The notes: a model not told the origin generated them from the letters alone. 64,000 nt of DNA from Bacilli bacterium (GCA_017435255.1 JAFSFI010000008.1:1765-65764), one strand, 5' to 3'. Numbered from the stretch's first letter, positions 11,642 through 21,665 are shown. Numbers and translations are program-made.

Positions 11642-12065
11642 TGACAAAGAAAATGAAAATGATGATGAAATTGATATAAATATATCGATGGATACTGTTA
11701 GTGTTTCAAAAGATGCACCGAATACAAAAATTTTAATTACTGGTATGATAGATTTATCTTATGATAATAATAAATATGAAGGAGTAACACTTTCTGGATA
11801 TTGTCTTGGAGCAGATAACGAAAAATATCTTATTAATGGTCCTAACGATGGTAGAGTATTTTTCCATAATGATGGCAATAAAGACCTTACTCTTGCAGAA
11901 AATTCAGGTGCAGAGTATCCAGATGGAACAACTAAAGCTGGGTCAGAAGTCGATTGGGAAAACGTTGAAATTAAATATTGTAAAATTGATAAAATGACTA
12001 CAATATTAAGTGACGGAACAATCGGCCGTGAAATCACATTAAATGTCGAAAAAAATTTCAATTAA
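11460..12065 (+). CDS. Membrane-anchored hypothetical protein (paralog A)
   Basis: RBS AAGGAGG. N-terminal signal-anchor MEKKSNKGVVISLLVVIAVLIGSITYMFV, then an N/E/K/D low-complexity linker and a unique C-terminal domain. Confidence 0.6.
   Translation: MEKKSNKGVVISLLVVIAVLIGSITYMFVSGTVIFNTKKNNDNKTEEKENNKNENDKENENDKENENDDEIDINISMDTVSVSKDAPNTKILITGMIDLSYDNNKYEGVTLSGYCLGADNEKYLINGPNDGRVFFHNDGNKDLTLAENSGAEYPDGTTKAGSEVDWENVEIKYCKIDKMTTILSDGTIGREITLNVEKNFN
11616..11669 (+). repeat. In-frame 18-nt tandem repeat, 3 units, encoding NENDKE/NENDKE/NENDDE
   Basis: AATGAAAATGACAAAGAA occurs twice, followed by the degenerate AATGAAAATGATGATGAA. Paralog B carries fewer units. Confidence 0.8.
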
Positions 12066-12202
12066 TTTTTGCATATACTTATTAAAAGCAGCACAAACAA
12101 CAAGATTATATTATAAATTTATTTTATGTTTGTAAAATAAAATTGGAAGAAAATTAATTTGAGCAATTATATATCGAGCGATTATAAATAAGGAGTGAAA
12201 GA

Positions 12203-12384
12203 ATGGAAAAGAAAAGTAATAAAGGGGTAGTAATTTCGTTATTAGTAGTAATAGCAGTATTAATAGGTTCTATTACATATATGTTTGTAAGTGGAACAGT
12301 AATATTTAATACAAAGAAAAATAATGATAACAAGACAGAAGAAAAAGAAAATAATAAAAATGAAAATGACAAAGAAAATGAAAA
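12203..12384 (+). repeat. 182-nt near-identical copy 2 of the duplicated 5' gene module
   Basis: See 11460..11641. Confidence 0.85.
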
Positions 12385-13072
12385 ACAAGAGGAGGAACAA
12401 GGAGAAGCTGAGCCATTAGATTTAAATAGTGTTTTAGTACAAGATTTATATAATTATGTTAACTTAGATCCGGGATATGGAGATGTAAAAGATTTTTTTG
12501 GTTCATATGGTAATATAACTAACAAAGAAGTGTCTGATGAAATTAAGTTGTTGACTACTTTGGTTGTTAATAAATTAGGAGATTCTGCTGTCTTTTTGGA
12601 AAATAGACAAGAATATTGGGGAACAGCAAAAGTATATTCTTTAAGCGGTAGTCTTGTACTAAATGAACTTAATAAAATTTATGGTAAGGATAATGGTTAT
12701 ACTCATTTGAGTGAAGGAGTATATTTCCCTATGTCTGGTATGTCTAAAAATATATGTGCGACAATAAAATATAATGCAACATCCGAAAATTATGAAATAA
12801 TAGAACAAGGCGGATGTGGTGGAGCTGTGGCTCACTCTATGCATGGTAAATTAATTGGTGCTGAAAAGGTAAACGATAAAATCGTATTAACAGAAAAAAT
12901 ATATATGTCTACTGCAGAAAATATATATAAAACAATAGATGCCACTGAAATTATTGGTTCTGGAAACAATGCAAATAGCCAAGAATATTTTGATAAAGGA
13001 GCAACTACTGAATATACATTCAAATTAGCAGAGGATGGAAGTTATTACTTTGATAGTAAAACAACTTATTAA
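12203..13072 (+). CDS. Membrane-anchored hypothetical protein (paralog B)
   Basis: RBS AAGGAG. The first ~60 aa are the same as paralog A, followed by an unrelated ~225-aa C-terminal domain. Confidence 0.6.
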   Translation: MEKKSNKGVVISLLVVIAVLIGSITYMFVSGTVIFNTKKNNDNKTEEKENNKNENDKENEKQEEEQGEAEPLDLNSVLVQDLYNYVNLDPGYGDVKDFFGSYGNITNKEVSDEIKLLTTLVVNKLGDSAVFLENRQEYWGTAKVYSLSGSLVLNELNKIYGKDNGYTHLSEGVYFPMSGMSKNICATIKYNATSENYEIIEQGGCGGAVAHSMHGKLIGAEKVNDKIVLTEKIYMSTAENIYKTIDATEIIGSGNNANSQEYFDKGATTEYTFKLAEDGSYYFDSKTTY

Positions 13073-13074
13073 TT

Positions 13075-13097
13075 AAAGAGCTTAGGCTCTTTTTTGT
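13075..13097 (+). terminator. Rho-independent terminator
   Basis: AGAGC-TTAG-GCTCT hairpin followed by a T6 run. Confidence 0.6.
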
Positions 13098-13161
13098 TTT
13101 GTTCTAAAAATTCAAATTTACTAAAAATATATATTTTGTTATAATAATTTTGGGTGATAAT

Positions 13162-14121
13162 ATGGATAAAATTAAAGTGGTATTTATGGGAACTCCTGAA
13201 TTTAGCGTTCCTGTATTAGAAGGACTTATAGAAAATTATGATGTAATAGGTGTTGTTACTCAACCAGATAAAGAAGTTGGAAGAAATCATGAAATAAAAT
13301 TTTCTCCGGTTAAAGAAGTAGCGTTAAAAAATGATATTAGAGTTTATCAACCTGTAAAGATTAGATTAGATTATGATGATATAGTTAAGTTAAATCCGGA
13401 TATGATTGTAACATGTGCTTATGGTCAAATAATTCCTAAGGTATTATTGGATTTGCCTAAATATGGATGTATTAATGTTCATGCTTCACTTTTACCTAAA
13501 TTAAGAGGAGGTGCTCCACTTCATAGATGCGTTATTAATGGGGATAGTAAAACAGGTGTTACTATTATGTATATGGATGAACATATGGATACTGGTGATA
13601 TTATAAGTAAAAAAGAAATGTTAATTGATATTAATGATACTGTTGGAGATATTCATGATAAATTAATGGTTATAGGTAAAGAATTATTGTTAGAGACTAT
13701 TCCTAGTATTATTGAGGGTACTAATGATAGAATCAAACAAAATGATGATGAGGCAACGTATGCTCCCGTAATTAAAAGAGAAGATGAATTGATTGATTTT
13801 AATAAAACATCGTTAGAAATATACAACCAAATAAGGGGGTTAAATCCTTTCCCTGTATCGTATGCGATGCTTGATGGTAAAGTTGTAAAAATATATAAAG
13901 CAATAGTCAAAGATAACGTTTATACTTCTAAAAAGAATGGAGAAATAGTAAGAATTCATAAGGATGGAATTGGTGTTTCTACAAAAGATTCTGAAATTGT
14001 TTTAACTGAGATAAAGGTAGAAGGTAAAAAAAAGATGAAATGCAAAGATTATCTAAATGGTGTAAATAAAGAAGAATTAATTGGTAAAGTATTTAATGAG
14101 GAATATGATGGAAAAGAATAA
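13162..14121 (+). CDS. fmt: Methionyl-tRNA formyltransferase
   Basis: KVVFMGTPEFSVPVLEGL, VVTQPDKEVGR, INVHASLLPKLRGGAPLHR and a C-terminal Fmt domain. ATG at 13162 preferred over the TTG at 13150. Confidence 0.9.
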   Translation: MDKIKVVFMGTPEFSVPVLEGLIENYDVIGVVTQPDKEVGRNHEIKFSPVKEVALKNDIRVYQPVKIRLDYDDIVKLNPDMIVTCAYGQIIPKVLLDLPKYGCINVHASLLPKLRGGAPLHRCVINGDSKTGVTIMYMDEHMDTGDIISKKEMLIDINDTVGDIHDKLMVIGKELLLETIPSIIEGTNDRIKQNDDEATYAPVIKREDELIDFNKTSLEIYNQIRGLNPFPVSYAMLDGKVVKIYKAIVKDNVYTSKKNGEIVRIHKDGIGVSTKDSEIVLTEIKVEGKKKMKCKDYLNGVNKEELIGKVFNEEYDGKE

Positions 14122-14809
14122 CAAAGAAAGCAAGTTTCAATTTAAGGAACTGTTTACTAATAAACAGTATCGTTCAATTATGATATTAGCGTTGTACGCA
14201 ATTCTTTTTGCTGTATTAATAGTAATTATTAGAAATCCTGTAAATGTTGTTTCTGGTGGTGGAAGTATTAAGTCTAAAGTAGATGGATACGAACTAATTG
14301 ATAATAAGAATTTTGGTTATAAATATACAGTTACTTTAGATGAAGATACATATGTATATGAGGGACAAAAATATAATAATAAGGATTTGTTTACTTTAAG
14401 TAAAGGCGAAGAAAGTGTAAGTTATTATATTGAGGGGGATAAATTTTATAAAGAAGAAGATGGTGTGTATAAATCTATTATAGATAAACCAATAATAGTT
14501 TTTGATTATTTTAATACTAATATATTAGATCAATTAATTATAAGAAGTGTATTAATAGATGAAAAAGCTAATAAATATAAAATAGATAATCAATCGTTGT
14601 ATGATGTTTTAAATGAAGATAGTTCAAAAGTAGAGTCGGGAGAGAATTATATAACATTAGGTTATCGTAATTCTAATATTACAAAAATAGAATTTGAACT
14701 TGGTAATTATGCTAGATTAGTTGGTGATAATTATGATAAAGTCATCATTAGCTTAGAATATTATGATTTTAATTTAATAGAAGATTTTACTGAATTAACT
14801 GTAGAATAG
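14105..14809 (+). CDS. Hypothetical single-pass membrane protein
   Basis: ORF overlapping the fmt 3' end. One TM segment (IMILALYAILFAVLIVII). No recognised domain. Start is uncertain (14081, 14096 or 14105). Confidence 0.45.
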   Translation: MMEKNNKESKFQFKELFTNKQYRSIMILALYAILFAVLIVIIRNPVNVVSGGGSIKSKVDGYELIDNKNFGYKYTVTLDEDTYVYEGQKYNNKDLFTLSKGEESVSYYIEGDKFYKEEDGVYKSIIDKPIIVFDYFNTNILDQLIIRSVLIDEKANKYKIDNQSLYDVLNEDSSKVESGENYITLGYRNSNITKIEFELGNYARLVGDNYDKVIISLEYYDFNLIEDFTELTVE

Positions 14810-14849
14810 TTAGTGCTTGATAAAAATTATAAAAAGTTTTAAAAAAAAC

Positions 14850-14878
14850 TTGCAATATTAAAAAAAATATTATAAAAT
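14850..14878 (+). promoter_or_regulatory. Sigma-A-type promoter for tRNA-Ile
   Basis: TTGCAA, 17-nt spacer, TAAAAT, with an A-rich upstream tract. The same AAAACTTGCAATATT context recurs at 45010. Confidence 0.45.
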
Positions 14879-14903
14879 GTAAAAGTACAACTGAATTACA
14901 GTT

Positions 14904-14980
<77 letters not shown>

Positions 14981-14993
14981 TTGTGGAAATAAT

Positions 14994-15018
14994 CCGAATC
15001 GAAAGGTTCGGTTTTTTT
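14994..15018 (+). terminator. Rho-independent terminator after tRNA-Ile
   Basis: CCGAA...TTCGG hairpin followed by T7. Confidence 0.6.
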
Positions 15019-15140
15019 GTGTAATTTTATTTTACATTTTTATACATTGATATTGACATTTTTTTAAAAACATTATTGTCAATATAAATAAGTGCTGAGA
15101 TAATCATTTTAGGATAAGAAGTATTTATTAGGAGGTACTT

Positions 15141-17177
15141 ATGAAGAAATATTTATATGTGATTTTAGTAATAATTTTAGCTGTATCTTTTGTTGGGGTT
15201 GACGCTAAAAGCAATACTATATATTTAAAAGAATGCGAGTATACAGAAGAATATAAACACTGGCTTGCATTGAGCGATAAAGAGAAAGAAAAAGTTACTA
15301 TGCCAACTGTATGTAAAAATAATAGTAAAGATAAGTTTAATTTAGTTGGTAATTCAAGTTCAAGCTTAGTTGGTGGAAGTGTTGGTGATACTAAATATGA
15401 TTTGAGAGAGCACGGACTAGTTACATCAGTAAAAGATCAAGGTCAAACTGGTTCTTGTTGGGCTTTTGCAACAAATGCATCAATCGAATCCAATTTATTA
15501 GTTAACGGTAAAGGAACTTATGATTTAAGTGAAGCACATTTGGAACTTGCTACACAAAATACACATAGTTATAATCGTTTAACTTTTAACAGAACTATTA
15601 ATAGTGGAGGAAATTCTTATTTATCTTCAGCATATTTAAGAAATAATTGGGGGCCTGTTTTAGAAATTACGTTGCCTTTTTCCGAATTGATGCAATCATA
15701 TGAACAAAATATTGTGATTCCTGAATCTAAAGTGTTAAATAATACTGCTACGCTAGATATTAATTCAATTTCTCGGATTGGTAATAGTGGAAGTTGTAAT
15801 GCAAATACTATTGCAGATATTAAAGAATATTTAGTTACTAACGGTGCTTTAGCCACAACGGTAAATTTTAGTAACTTTGGTAGTGCCAACTTGTATCAAT
15901 ATTATGATGGTGAAGAATATATTAATAAAAAAGGTAATAAAGTTCCTGCAAACCAAAATGCAAATCATGCTGTTACTATTGTTGGTTGGGATGATAATGT
16001 TTCTAAAGATTCTTTTAACACTTCGTCTAAACCTACTAGAAATGGCGCATTTATAATAAAAAACTCTTATGGCGAAAGTGTTTCTGAGCGTCTTCTTGAA
16101 ATTAAAAAAATTCTTTATGACAATGATACAGAGGGGTTTAACTCTGATGGAATTAATTCACCAAGTGCTATTCCGGATGAAATTGTTGTTGAAAAAGTAA
16201 AACAAGTTTATGATGCTACAGATTCTCAAATTCAAATTTCTGGTGACGATTTGATTATTACTATAGGAGATAATGGATATCAATATGTATCATATGATGA
16301 TGTTTTAATTTGCAATGGCGTGTTTGGATTCTTTGACATAGATACAGAGGTTGAAGATAATGTTTATGGATATGATGATTTAGGATTAAATAAGGAGATT
16401 TATTATCCTGATTTAAAGAAACTATATTTTGCAAATGTTTTTGAAAAGAAAAGTGATAAAACCGAGTCTTTAGAAGAACTAAATATTTGGTTTTCAACTG
16501 TTGGTCAAGAGTATAAGGTATATTTTGCAAACGGTGAAACTCGCCAAGTGCTACAATCTAACTTAGTTGCTCAAGGGACATCAACATTTGTTGGTTTTAA
16601 TACTATAAATATTGATAACGCATTTATAACTTCTGATAAGTTTAGTGTAATTGTGGAAGTTGAAGATGATGAAGAATTGGTATTTGGCATTTCAACTTCA
16701 TGGGAAGAAGATGGTGATCCGTGGGATGATATAGAAATGGTTGAGGGTGTGCAATATTTGTCTGCTGATGGAATAACATATGTTGATGTTGCTGCAGACG
16801 CTTCATTTCATTTCTTAATAAAGGCATATACAAATGAGGTTGAAGAATCATTAGATAATGGTAGTGGTAATCTTCCTCCTGAAAATAACGATGATTTAAA
16901 TAATGATAATCCGGAAGGTGATAATAATCAGAATGATGATGTTGTTGTTCCTGGTGGAGAAGTAAAACCGGAAGATGATCATACTAATACAGATGGTAAA
17001 ATTGAAATATTACCTAATGAAATGAATAATACTATTCCTAATAACAACAATTCAGATAATGAAGAAAATCCATCAACAGGAGATATGGTAAGTGTTATAT
17101 TAATCGTTTCAATTGTTGCATTGGTTCTTGCCTTTATGTCATTTAGAAGATTACAAAAAGTAAAACATAATAATTAG
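15141..17177 (+). CDS. Secreted papain-family (C1) cysteine peptidase with a C-terminal sortase-type sorting signal
   Basis: Signal peptide. Active-site Cys QGQTGSCWAFA and His NHAVTIVGWDD. C-terminus is NPSTG, a hydrophobic stretch and RRLQKVKHNN (LPXTG-like anchor). Confidence 0.8.
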   Translation: MKKYLYVILVIILAVSFVGVDAKSNTIYLKECEYTEEYKHWLALSDKEKEKVTMPTVCKNNSKDKFNLVGNSSSSLVGGSVGDTKYDLREHGLVTSVKDQGQTGSCWAFATNASIESNLLVNGKGTYDLSEAHLELATQNTHSYNRLTFNRTINSGGNSYLSSAYLRNNWGPVLEITLPFSELMQSYEQNIVIPESKVLNNTATLDINSISRIGNSGSCNANTIADIKEYLVTNGALATTVNFSNFGSANLYQYYDGEEYINKKGNKVPANQNANHAVTIVGWDDNVSKDSFNTSSKPTRNGAFIIKNSYGESVSERLLEIKKILYDNDTEGFNSDGINSPSAIPDEIVVEKVKQVYDATDSQIQISGDDLIITIGDNGYQYVSYDDVLICNGVFGFFDIDTEVEDNVYGYDDLGLNKEIYYPDLKKLYFANVFEKKSDKTESLEELNIWFSTVGQEYKVYFANGETRQVLQSNLVAQGTSTFVGFNTINIDNAFITSDKFSVIVEVEDDEELVFGISTSWEEDGDPWDDIEMVEGVQYLSADGITYVDVAADASFHFLIKAYTNEVEESLDNGSGNLPPENNDDLNNDNPEGDNNQNDDVVVPGGEVKPEDDHTNTDGKIEILPNEMNNTIPNNNNSDNEENPSTGDMVSVILIVSIVALVLAFMSFRRLQKVKHNN

Positions 17178-17183
17178 ATTTTG

Positions 17184-17210
17184 AAAACGACTAAGTAGTC
17201 GTTTTTTTTT
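17184..17210 (+). terminator. Rho-independent terminator
   Basis: AACGACT-AAGT-AGTCGTT hairpin followed by T9. Confidence 0.7.
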
Positions 17211-17240
17211 AACCATATTTTTATAATAGAATAAATTAAT

Positions 17241-18212
17241 ATGGGAAGTGATATTGTGAATGATAATTTAGAAAATAAAAGTTATTTTTATAATTTGGAA
17301 GAATGTAATATTCCAGGGAAACAATGCTTTTTAGAAAATGGAACAGGGTTAAAATGTAATAGGTTCGAAGTTGAGTTTCCTCCACAAATGCAGACTAAGC
17401 AGCCAGGGTATGAATATTTGATGGTTCCTCGTCCTATTTTTGACAATCCTAATTATAAACCTAGTGGAAAACTAAATGGAAAAGTTGCAATTATAACAGG
17501 AGGAGACTCTGGGTTAGGTAGAAGTATTGCTGTTCATTTTGTAAAAGAAGGGGCTAAAGTAGTTATTCCTTACTTTAATGAACATAAGGATGCTAACGAT
17601 ACTAAAAAATATATAGAATCATTAGGTGGTGAATGTATTTTAATACCTGGTGATTTAAAAGATCCTAATTTTTGTAAAGAGGTTGTTAATAGAACTTTAA
17701 ACGCTTTTGGAAAAATTGATATTTTAATCAATAATGCGGGTGTTCAGTATCAAAAGAAAAATATAGAAGATATTAGTAATGAACAATTTGACTATACTAT
17801 GAAGTCTAATATTTATTCTATTTTCTATTTAACTAAAGCGGCAGCCCCTTATATGAGTGAAGGTTCATCAATTATAAATGTTAGTAGTATAACAACATTC
17901 TATGGAGAACCAGAACTTATTGATTATGTAACTAGTAAAGGGGCAATTGTTGGGTTTACGAGATCATTATCCAGCAATTTAGTTAAGAAGAAAATTAGGG
18001 TTAATGCGGTAGCTCCAGGTTTCTTTTGGACACCTTTACAGCCAGCTTGTTGGGAACCGTGCAAAATTCCTGTATTAGCTGCTGATGTACCAATGGGAAG
18101 AGCTGGTCAGCCGTATGAGATTGCACCATTGTTTGTATATTTAGCAAGTGATGATTCTAAATTTATGACAGGCCAAGTTTTGCATATAAATGGTGGCCAA
18201 TATAAAGGATAA
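17241..18212 (+). CDS. SDR-family oxidoreductase (YdaD/YhxC general-stress-type)
   Basis: QPGYEYLMVPRPIF, GKVAIITGGDSGLGRS, NNAG, the YxxxK region YVTSKGA, and VNAVAPGFFWTPL. Confidence 0.85.
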   Translation: MGSDIVNDNLENKSYFYNLEECNIPGKQCFLENGTGLKCNRFEVEFPPQMQTKQPGYEYLMVPRPIFDNPNYKPSGKLNGKVAIITGGDSGLGRSIAVHFVKEGAKVVIPYFNEHKDANDTKKYIESLGGECILIPGDLKDPNFCKEVVNRTLNAFGKIDILINNAGVQYQKKNIEDISNEQFDYTMKSNIYSIFYLTKAAAPYMSEGSSIINVSSITTFYGEPELIDYVTSKGAIVGFTRSLSSNLVKKKIRVNAVAPGFFWTPLQPACWEPCKIPVLAADVPMGRAGQPYEIAPLFVYLASDDSKFMTGQVLHINGGQYKG

Positions 18213-18263
18213 TATTTGAAAATATATTAATTGATGTTATAATTTTTATAATAGGTGAAGTAA

Positions 18264-19094
18264 ATGAAAAAGATATATGTATTGTTTTTAGGATTAATAG
18301 TTTTAGGGTTTAACCCGGTTTTTGCAAATGAAAAAGTAGAAGTTAAATTTTCAAAATGTGTTGATGGTGATACAGCTAAATTTGTATTAGATAATAAAGA
18401 AATAACAGCAAGATTTTTAGCGGTAGATACACCAGAGACCGTGCATCCAACAAAAGAAGAAGAACCTTTTGGAAAAGAAGCTAGTAATTATACTTGTGAA
18501 AAATTAACAAATGCTAAAGAAATAATTTTAGAATATGATGATGGTAGTGATAAATTTGATAAATATGACAGACATTTAGTATGGGTTCATTATGACAATA
18601 ACTTTTTACAAGAGGAATTAATATCTTTAGGATATGCAAAAGTTGCATATCTTTATGGAGAATACAAATATACAGAAGATTTACAAAATAAGGAGATAGT
18701 AGCAAAAAGTGAAAAGGCTGGTATCTGGGGAGATTATGAATTTGTTGATATTGAAGAAGAATATATCGTAACTTTTTCTTATAATGGAAAAAGTAAAAAA
18801 GTAGAAGTAATTGGAGGCAATTCGGTTGTTCCTATTAGTAATCCTAAAAAGGAAAATTATAAGTTTTTAGGATGGTATTTGGATGAGGAAATTTATGATT
18901 TTTCACTCCCTGTAGAAAAGAATATTACGTTAGTTGCTAAATTTGAAAAAATAGATGATGAAATACCTATATATGTTTATATAATCAGTGGGATAATTGT
19001 TGTGATAGCAATAACTACCAATTATAAAGGAAGTAGAAATAAATTAAGAAGAAAAGTAAAATCTAGTGTTAAGAAAAAATTAATGAAAAATTAA
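18264..19094 (+). CDS. Secreted thermonuclease (SNase) with a Listeria-Bacteroides-type repeat and a C-terminal membrane anchor
   Basis: Signal peptide. CVDGDTAKF...ARFLAVDTPE and DRHLVWV match staphylococcal nuclease motifs. NYKFLGWYLDEEIYDFSLPV repeat. C-terminal TM plus a basic tail. Confidence 0.75.
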   Translation: MKKIYVLFLGLIVLGFNPVFANEKVEVKFSKCVDGDTAKFVLDNKEITARFLAVDTPETVHPTKEEEPFGKEASNYTCEKLTNAKEIILEYDDGSDKFDKYDRHLVWVHYDNNFLQEELISLGYAKVAYLYGEYKYTEDLQNKEIVAKSEKAGIWGDYEFVDIEEEYIVTFSYNGKSKKVEVIGGNSVVPISNPKKENYKFLGWYLDEEIYDFSLPVEKNITLVAKFEKIDDEIPIYVYIISGIIVVIAITTNYKGSRNKLRRKVKSSVKKKLMKN

Positions 19095-19159
19095 TTTTTT
19101 TTATTTTTTTAGGAAAACAATGTTTGAGAAGAGAATAATTAAAGTAAGGAGGTGATACG

Positions 19160-21241
19160 ATGTTAAAAAAATATGAGTGGGTTAGACAAGATGATATTAA
19201 AGATTGTGGTGTTTGTTCCTTGCTTATTATTATTAAAACTTATGGTGGTGGAGTTTCAAAAGAGTATTTAAGGGAATTAACAAAAACAACAAAAGAAGGT
19301 ACTACTGCATTTCATTTATTAGAAGCCGGTAGGAAATTAGGCTTTAACACGAACGCATTAAAAGGCGATATACTAGAATTAGATAAAAGATTATTACCTT
19401 GTATTGCGCATGTTGTTGTTGATAAAAAATATCAGCATTTTGTAGTAGTTATGAATATTAATAAAAAGAAAGGTATTATAACTATAAGTGATCCTGCTGA
19501 AGGGATTATTAAATATAAACTAGAAGAATATAATAAGATTTCAACAAATCAATACTTAGTTTTCATACCCAATAAAAAGATACCAAACTTAAAAAAGAAT
19601 AATGAAGTATTTAATAATATTTTTGAGACTATTATTCAGTATAAACATGTGTTTATTTCAATTTTTATTTTTTCATTATTATATACCCTTGTTAGTATAA
19701 TAACAGCTTTTAACTTTCAGATTATTATAGATCATGTGCTTACTTATTCTTCAAAAAACAATTTAAATTTAATCATTTTCATATTTATTTTTCTTTATAT
19801 TTTGAAATCTATTATAGATTTAACTAGAAATAATTTATTAGTATTTATAAATCATACTTTAGATAATAAACTAATCATGAATATTTATAGTCACATCATA
19901 TCACTTCCTTATTTGTTTTATAAAAACAGAACTACAGGAGAAATTATTTCTAGAATTAATGACTTAAGTGATGTTAAAGAGTCAATAAGTCGATTGTTTA
20001 TGACCTTTTTTGTTGATTTAGTATTAATTATATTTGTTTTCTTTACTTTATATAATATTAGCCCAAGTCTTACTTTGATAGGAATTATTATGATTATTAT
20101 GTATTTGATTGTTATAAAAATATTTAATAAATTTTTTAAATATTATATAAACAAGAATCAAGAAGATGCTGCGATAGTAAATTCGTATTTAATTGAGTCT
20201 ATTAATAATGTGGATACAATTAAATCCTTGGGATTAGAGAAGATATCTACTAATAAACTATATTGTAAATATAATAATTATCTTAACTCTAGCTATAAGT
20301 TTCAAAAACTTTTTAATTTAGAAAATTTTATTAAAGATATAGTTAATTATATTGGTACTGCTCTTATTATTTTTGTGGGAACAATATTTGTGTTAGAAGA
20401 AAAAATGAGCTTAGGAGAATTAATAACTTACAACGGTATGATTATATATTTTTTAGAACCGATAAAAAATATTATAGAAATGGAGTTAGTTATTAAAAAA
20501 AGTAAGATTTCAATTAACCGAGTAACAGAGTTATATGAAGTTGAAAAAGAAGAGATGGAGATTGATAAAAAATATAATGGAAATAAACTAAAAGGAAATA
20601 TTAAAATTAATAATTTGGACTATTCTTATAATGGTCGTAAGAATATATTTGAAGGCATTAATTTACAAATTGATTCTGGTAAAAAAATTATGATTTATGG
20701 AAATAGTGGCTCTGGGAAAAGTACCATAGGGAAGATATTAATGAAATTCCTTAATATAGAACGTGACAAAGTGTTTATAGATAATAAGGATATTAATGAT
20801 TATAATGTTATGGATATAAGAAGAGAAATTTGTTATATTGGTCAAAATGAAAACTTATTTAGTGATACTATTTATAACAATATTGTTTTAGATAGAGATG
20901 TTGATTATGACAAGTTTTTAAATATTGCTGATATTACTAAGGTAGATGAGATAGTAAAGAAGAATGTATTATCTTATGAAATGCTTTTAGAGGAAAATGG
21001 ATTTAATATTAGTGGTGGTGAAAAACAGAGAATTATTTTAGCAAGATCTTTACTTAAAGAAAGTAGTATATATGTTTTGGATGAAGCACTTAATCAAGTG
21101 GATGTAGAAAAGGAAAGAGAAATTCTAAAAAACGTTTTTAATTATTTAGATGGTAAAACAGTTATTTATATTTCTCATAGATTTGACAATAGCGATATGT
21201 TTGATAATAAGATAAATATGGAGAAAATTAAATATGCTTGA
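19160..21241 (+). CDS. Bacteriocin-processing ABC transporter with an N-terminal C39 peptidase domain
   Basis: C39 active-site context QDDIKDCGVCSL. Six TM segments. Walker A GNSGSGKST, signature ISGGEKQR, Walker B IYVLDEA. Confidence 0.9.
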   Translation: MLKKYEWVRQDDIKDCGVCSLLIIIKTYGGGVSKEYLRELTKTTKEGTTAFHLLEAGRKLGFNTNALKGDILELDKRLLPCIAHVVVDKKYQHFVVVMNINKKKGIITISDPAEGIIKYKLEEYNKISTNQYLVFIPNKKIPNLKKNNEVFNNIFETIIQYKHVFISIFIFSLLYTLVSIITAFNFQIIIDHVLTYSSKNNLNLIIFIFIFLYILKSIIDLTRNNLLVFINHTLDNKLIMNIYSHIISLPYLFYKNRTTGEIISRINDLSDVKESISRLFMTFFVDLVLIIFVFFTLYNISPSLTLIGIIMIIMYLIVIKIFNKFFKYYINKNQEDAAIVNSYLIESINNVDTIKSLGLEKISTNKLYCKYNNYLNSSYKFQKLFNLENFIKDIVNYIGTALIIFVGTIFVLEEKMSLGELITYNGMIIYFLEPIKNIIEMELVIKKSKISINRVTELYEVEKEEMEIDKKYNGNKLKGNIKINNLDYSYNGRKNIFEGINLQIDSGKKIMIYGNSGSGKSTIGKILMKFLNIERDKVFIDNKDINDYNVMDIRREICYIGQNENLFSDTIYNNIVLDRDVDYDKFLNIADITKVDEIVKKNVLSYEMLLEENGFNISGGEKQRIILARSLLKESSIYVLDEALNQVDVEKEREILKNVFNYLDGKTVIYISHRFDNSDMFDNKINMEKIKYA

Positions 21242-21665
21242 TATTAGAGATTATTTATTAGAATACAAAAGAAAAATTCCAAACCTTATACTCATATGGA
21301 CTGTGTTTTTAGTTTTTATAATAACATTTATTTTAATAATAAATAAATCCTTTAAGATAACAAACTATTATCTAGTTAAAGGAATTGTTAAGGACAATAA
21401 ATTAAACTTAGTAGTATCTTTAGATAGGAAGGATTCAATAATAAAAAACAATTATATTTATATAGACGAAAATAAGTATAAATATAAAGTCGAAAGTATT
21501 AGTGATATAGTACAGGAGAACAATAATTTTTATCAACAAATAATATTAGATATTGATGTTAAAGATGCCAACCTAATAGAAAATAATGTTATTGAATCAA
21601 AATTTATTGTTAGCAAAAAGACCATTTTAGAATATATTTATAATTTAATTAAGGGGGGATTTTGA
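21234..21665 (+). CDS. Short bacteriocin-export accessory-like membrane protein
   Basis: Start overlaps the ABC stop by 8 nt. One N-terminal TM. Sits where LcnD/HlyD-type accessory genes usually sit, but at 143 aa it is much shorter. Confidence 0.45.
   Translation: MLDIRDYLLEYKRKIPNLILIWTVFLVFIITFILIINKSFKITNYYLVKGIVKDNKLNLVVSLDRKDSIIKNNYIYIDENKYKYKVESISDIVQENNNFYQQIILDIDVKDANLIENNVIESKFIVSKKTILEYIYNLIKGGF

Noticed and set aside
11420-11647. Minus-strand ORFs with SFSFSLSFSF repeats at 11420..11647 and 12154..12372.
   Set aside because: They are antisense to the duplicated 5' module and the NENDKE repeat of the two paralogous genes. Their similarity only mirrors the plus-strand duplication.
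11616-11669. Short regularly spaced repeat, considered as a possible CRISPR-like array.
   Set aside because: It is three contiguous 18-nt units with no spacers, in frame inside a CDS. No repeat-spacer architecture or cas genes occur anywhere in the window.
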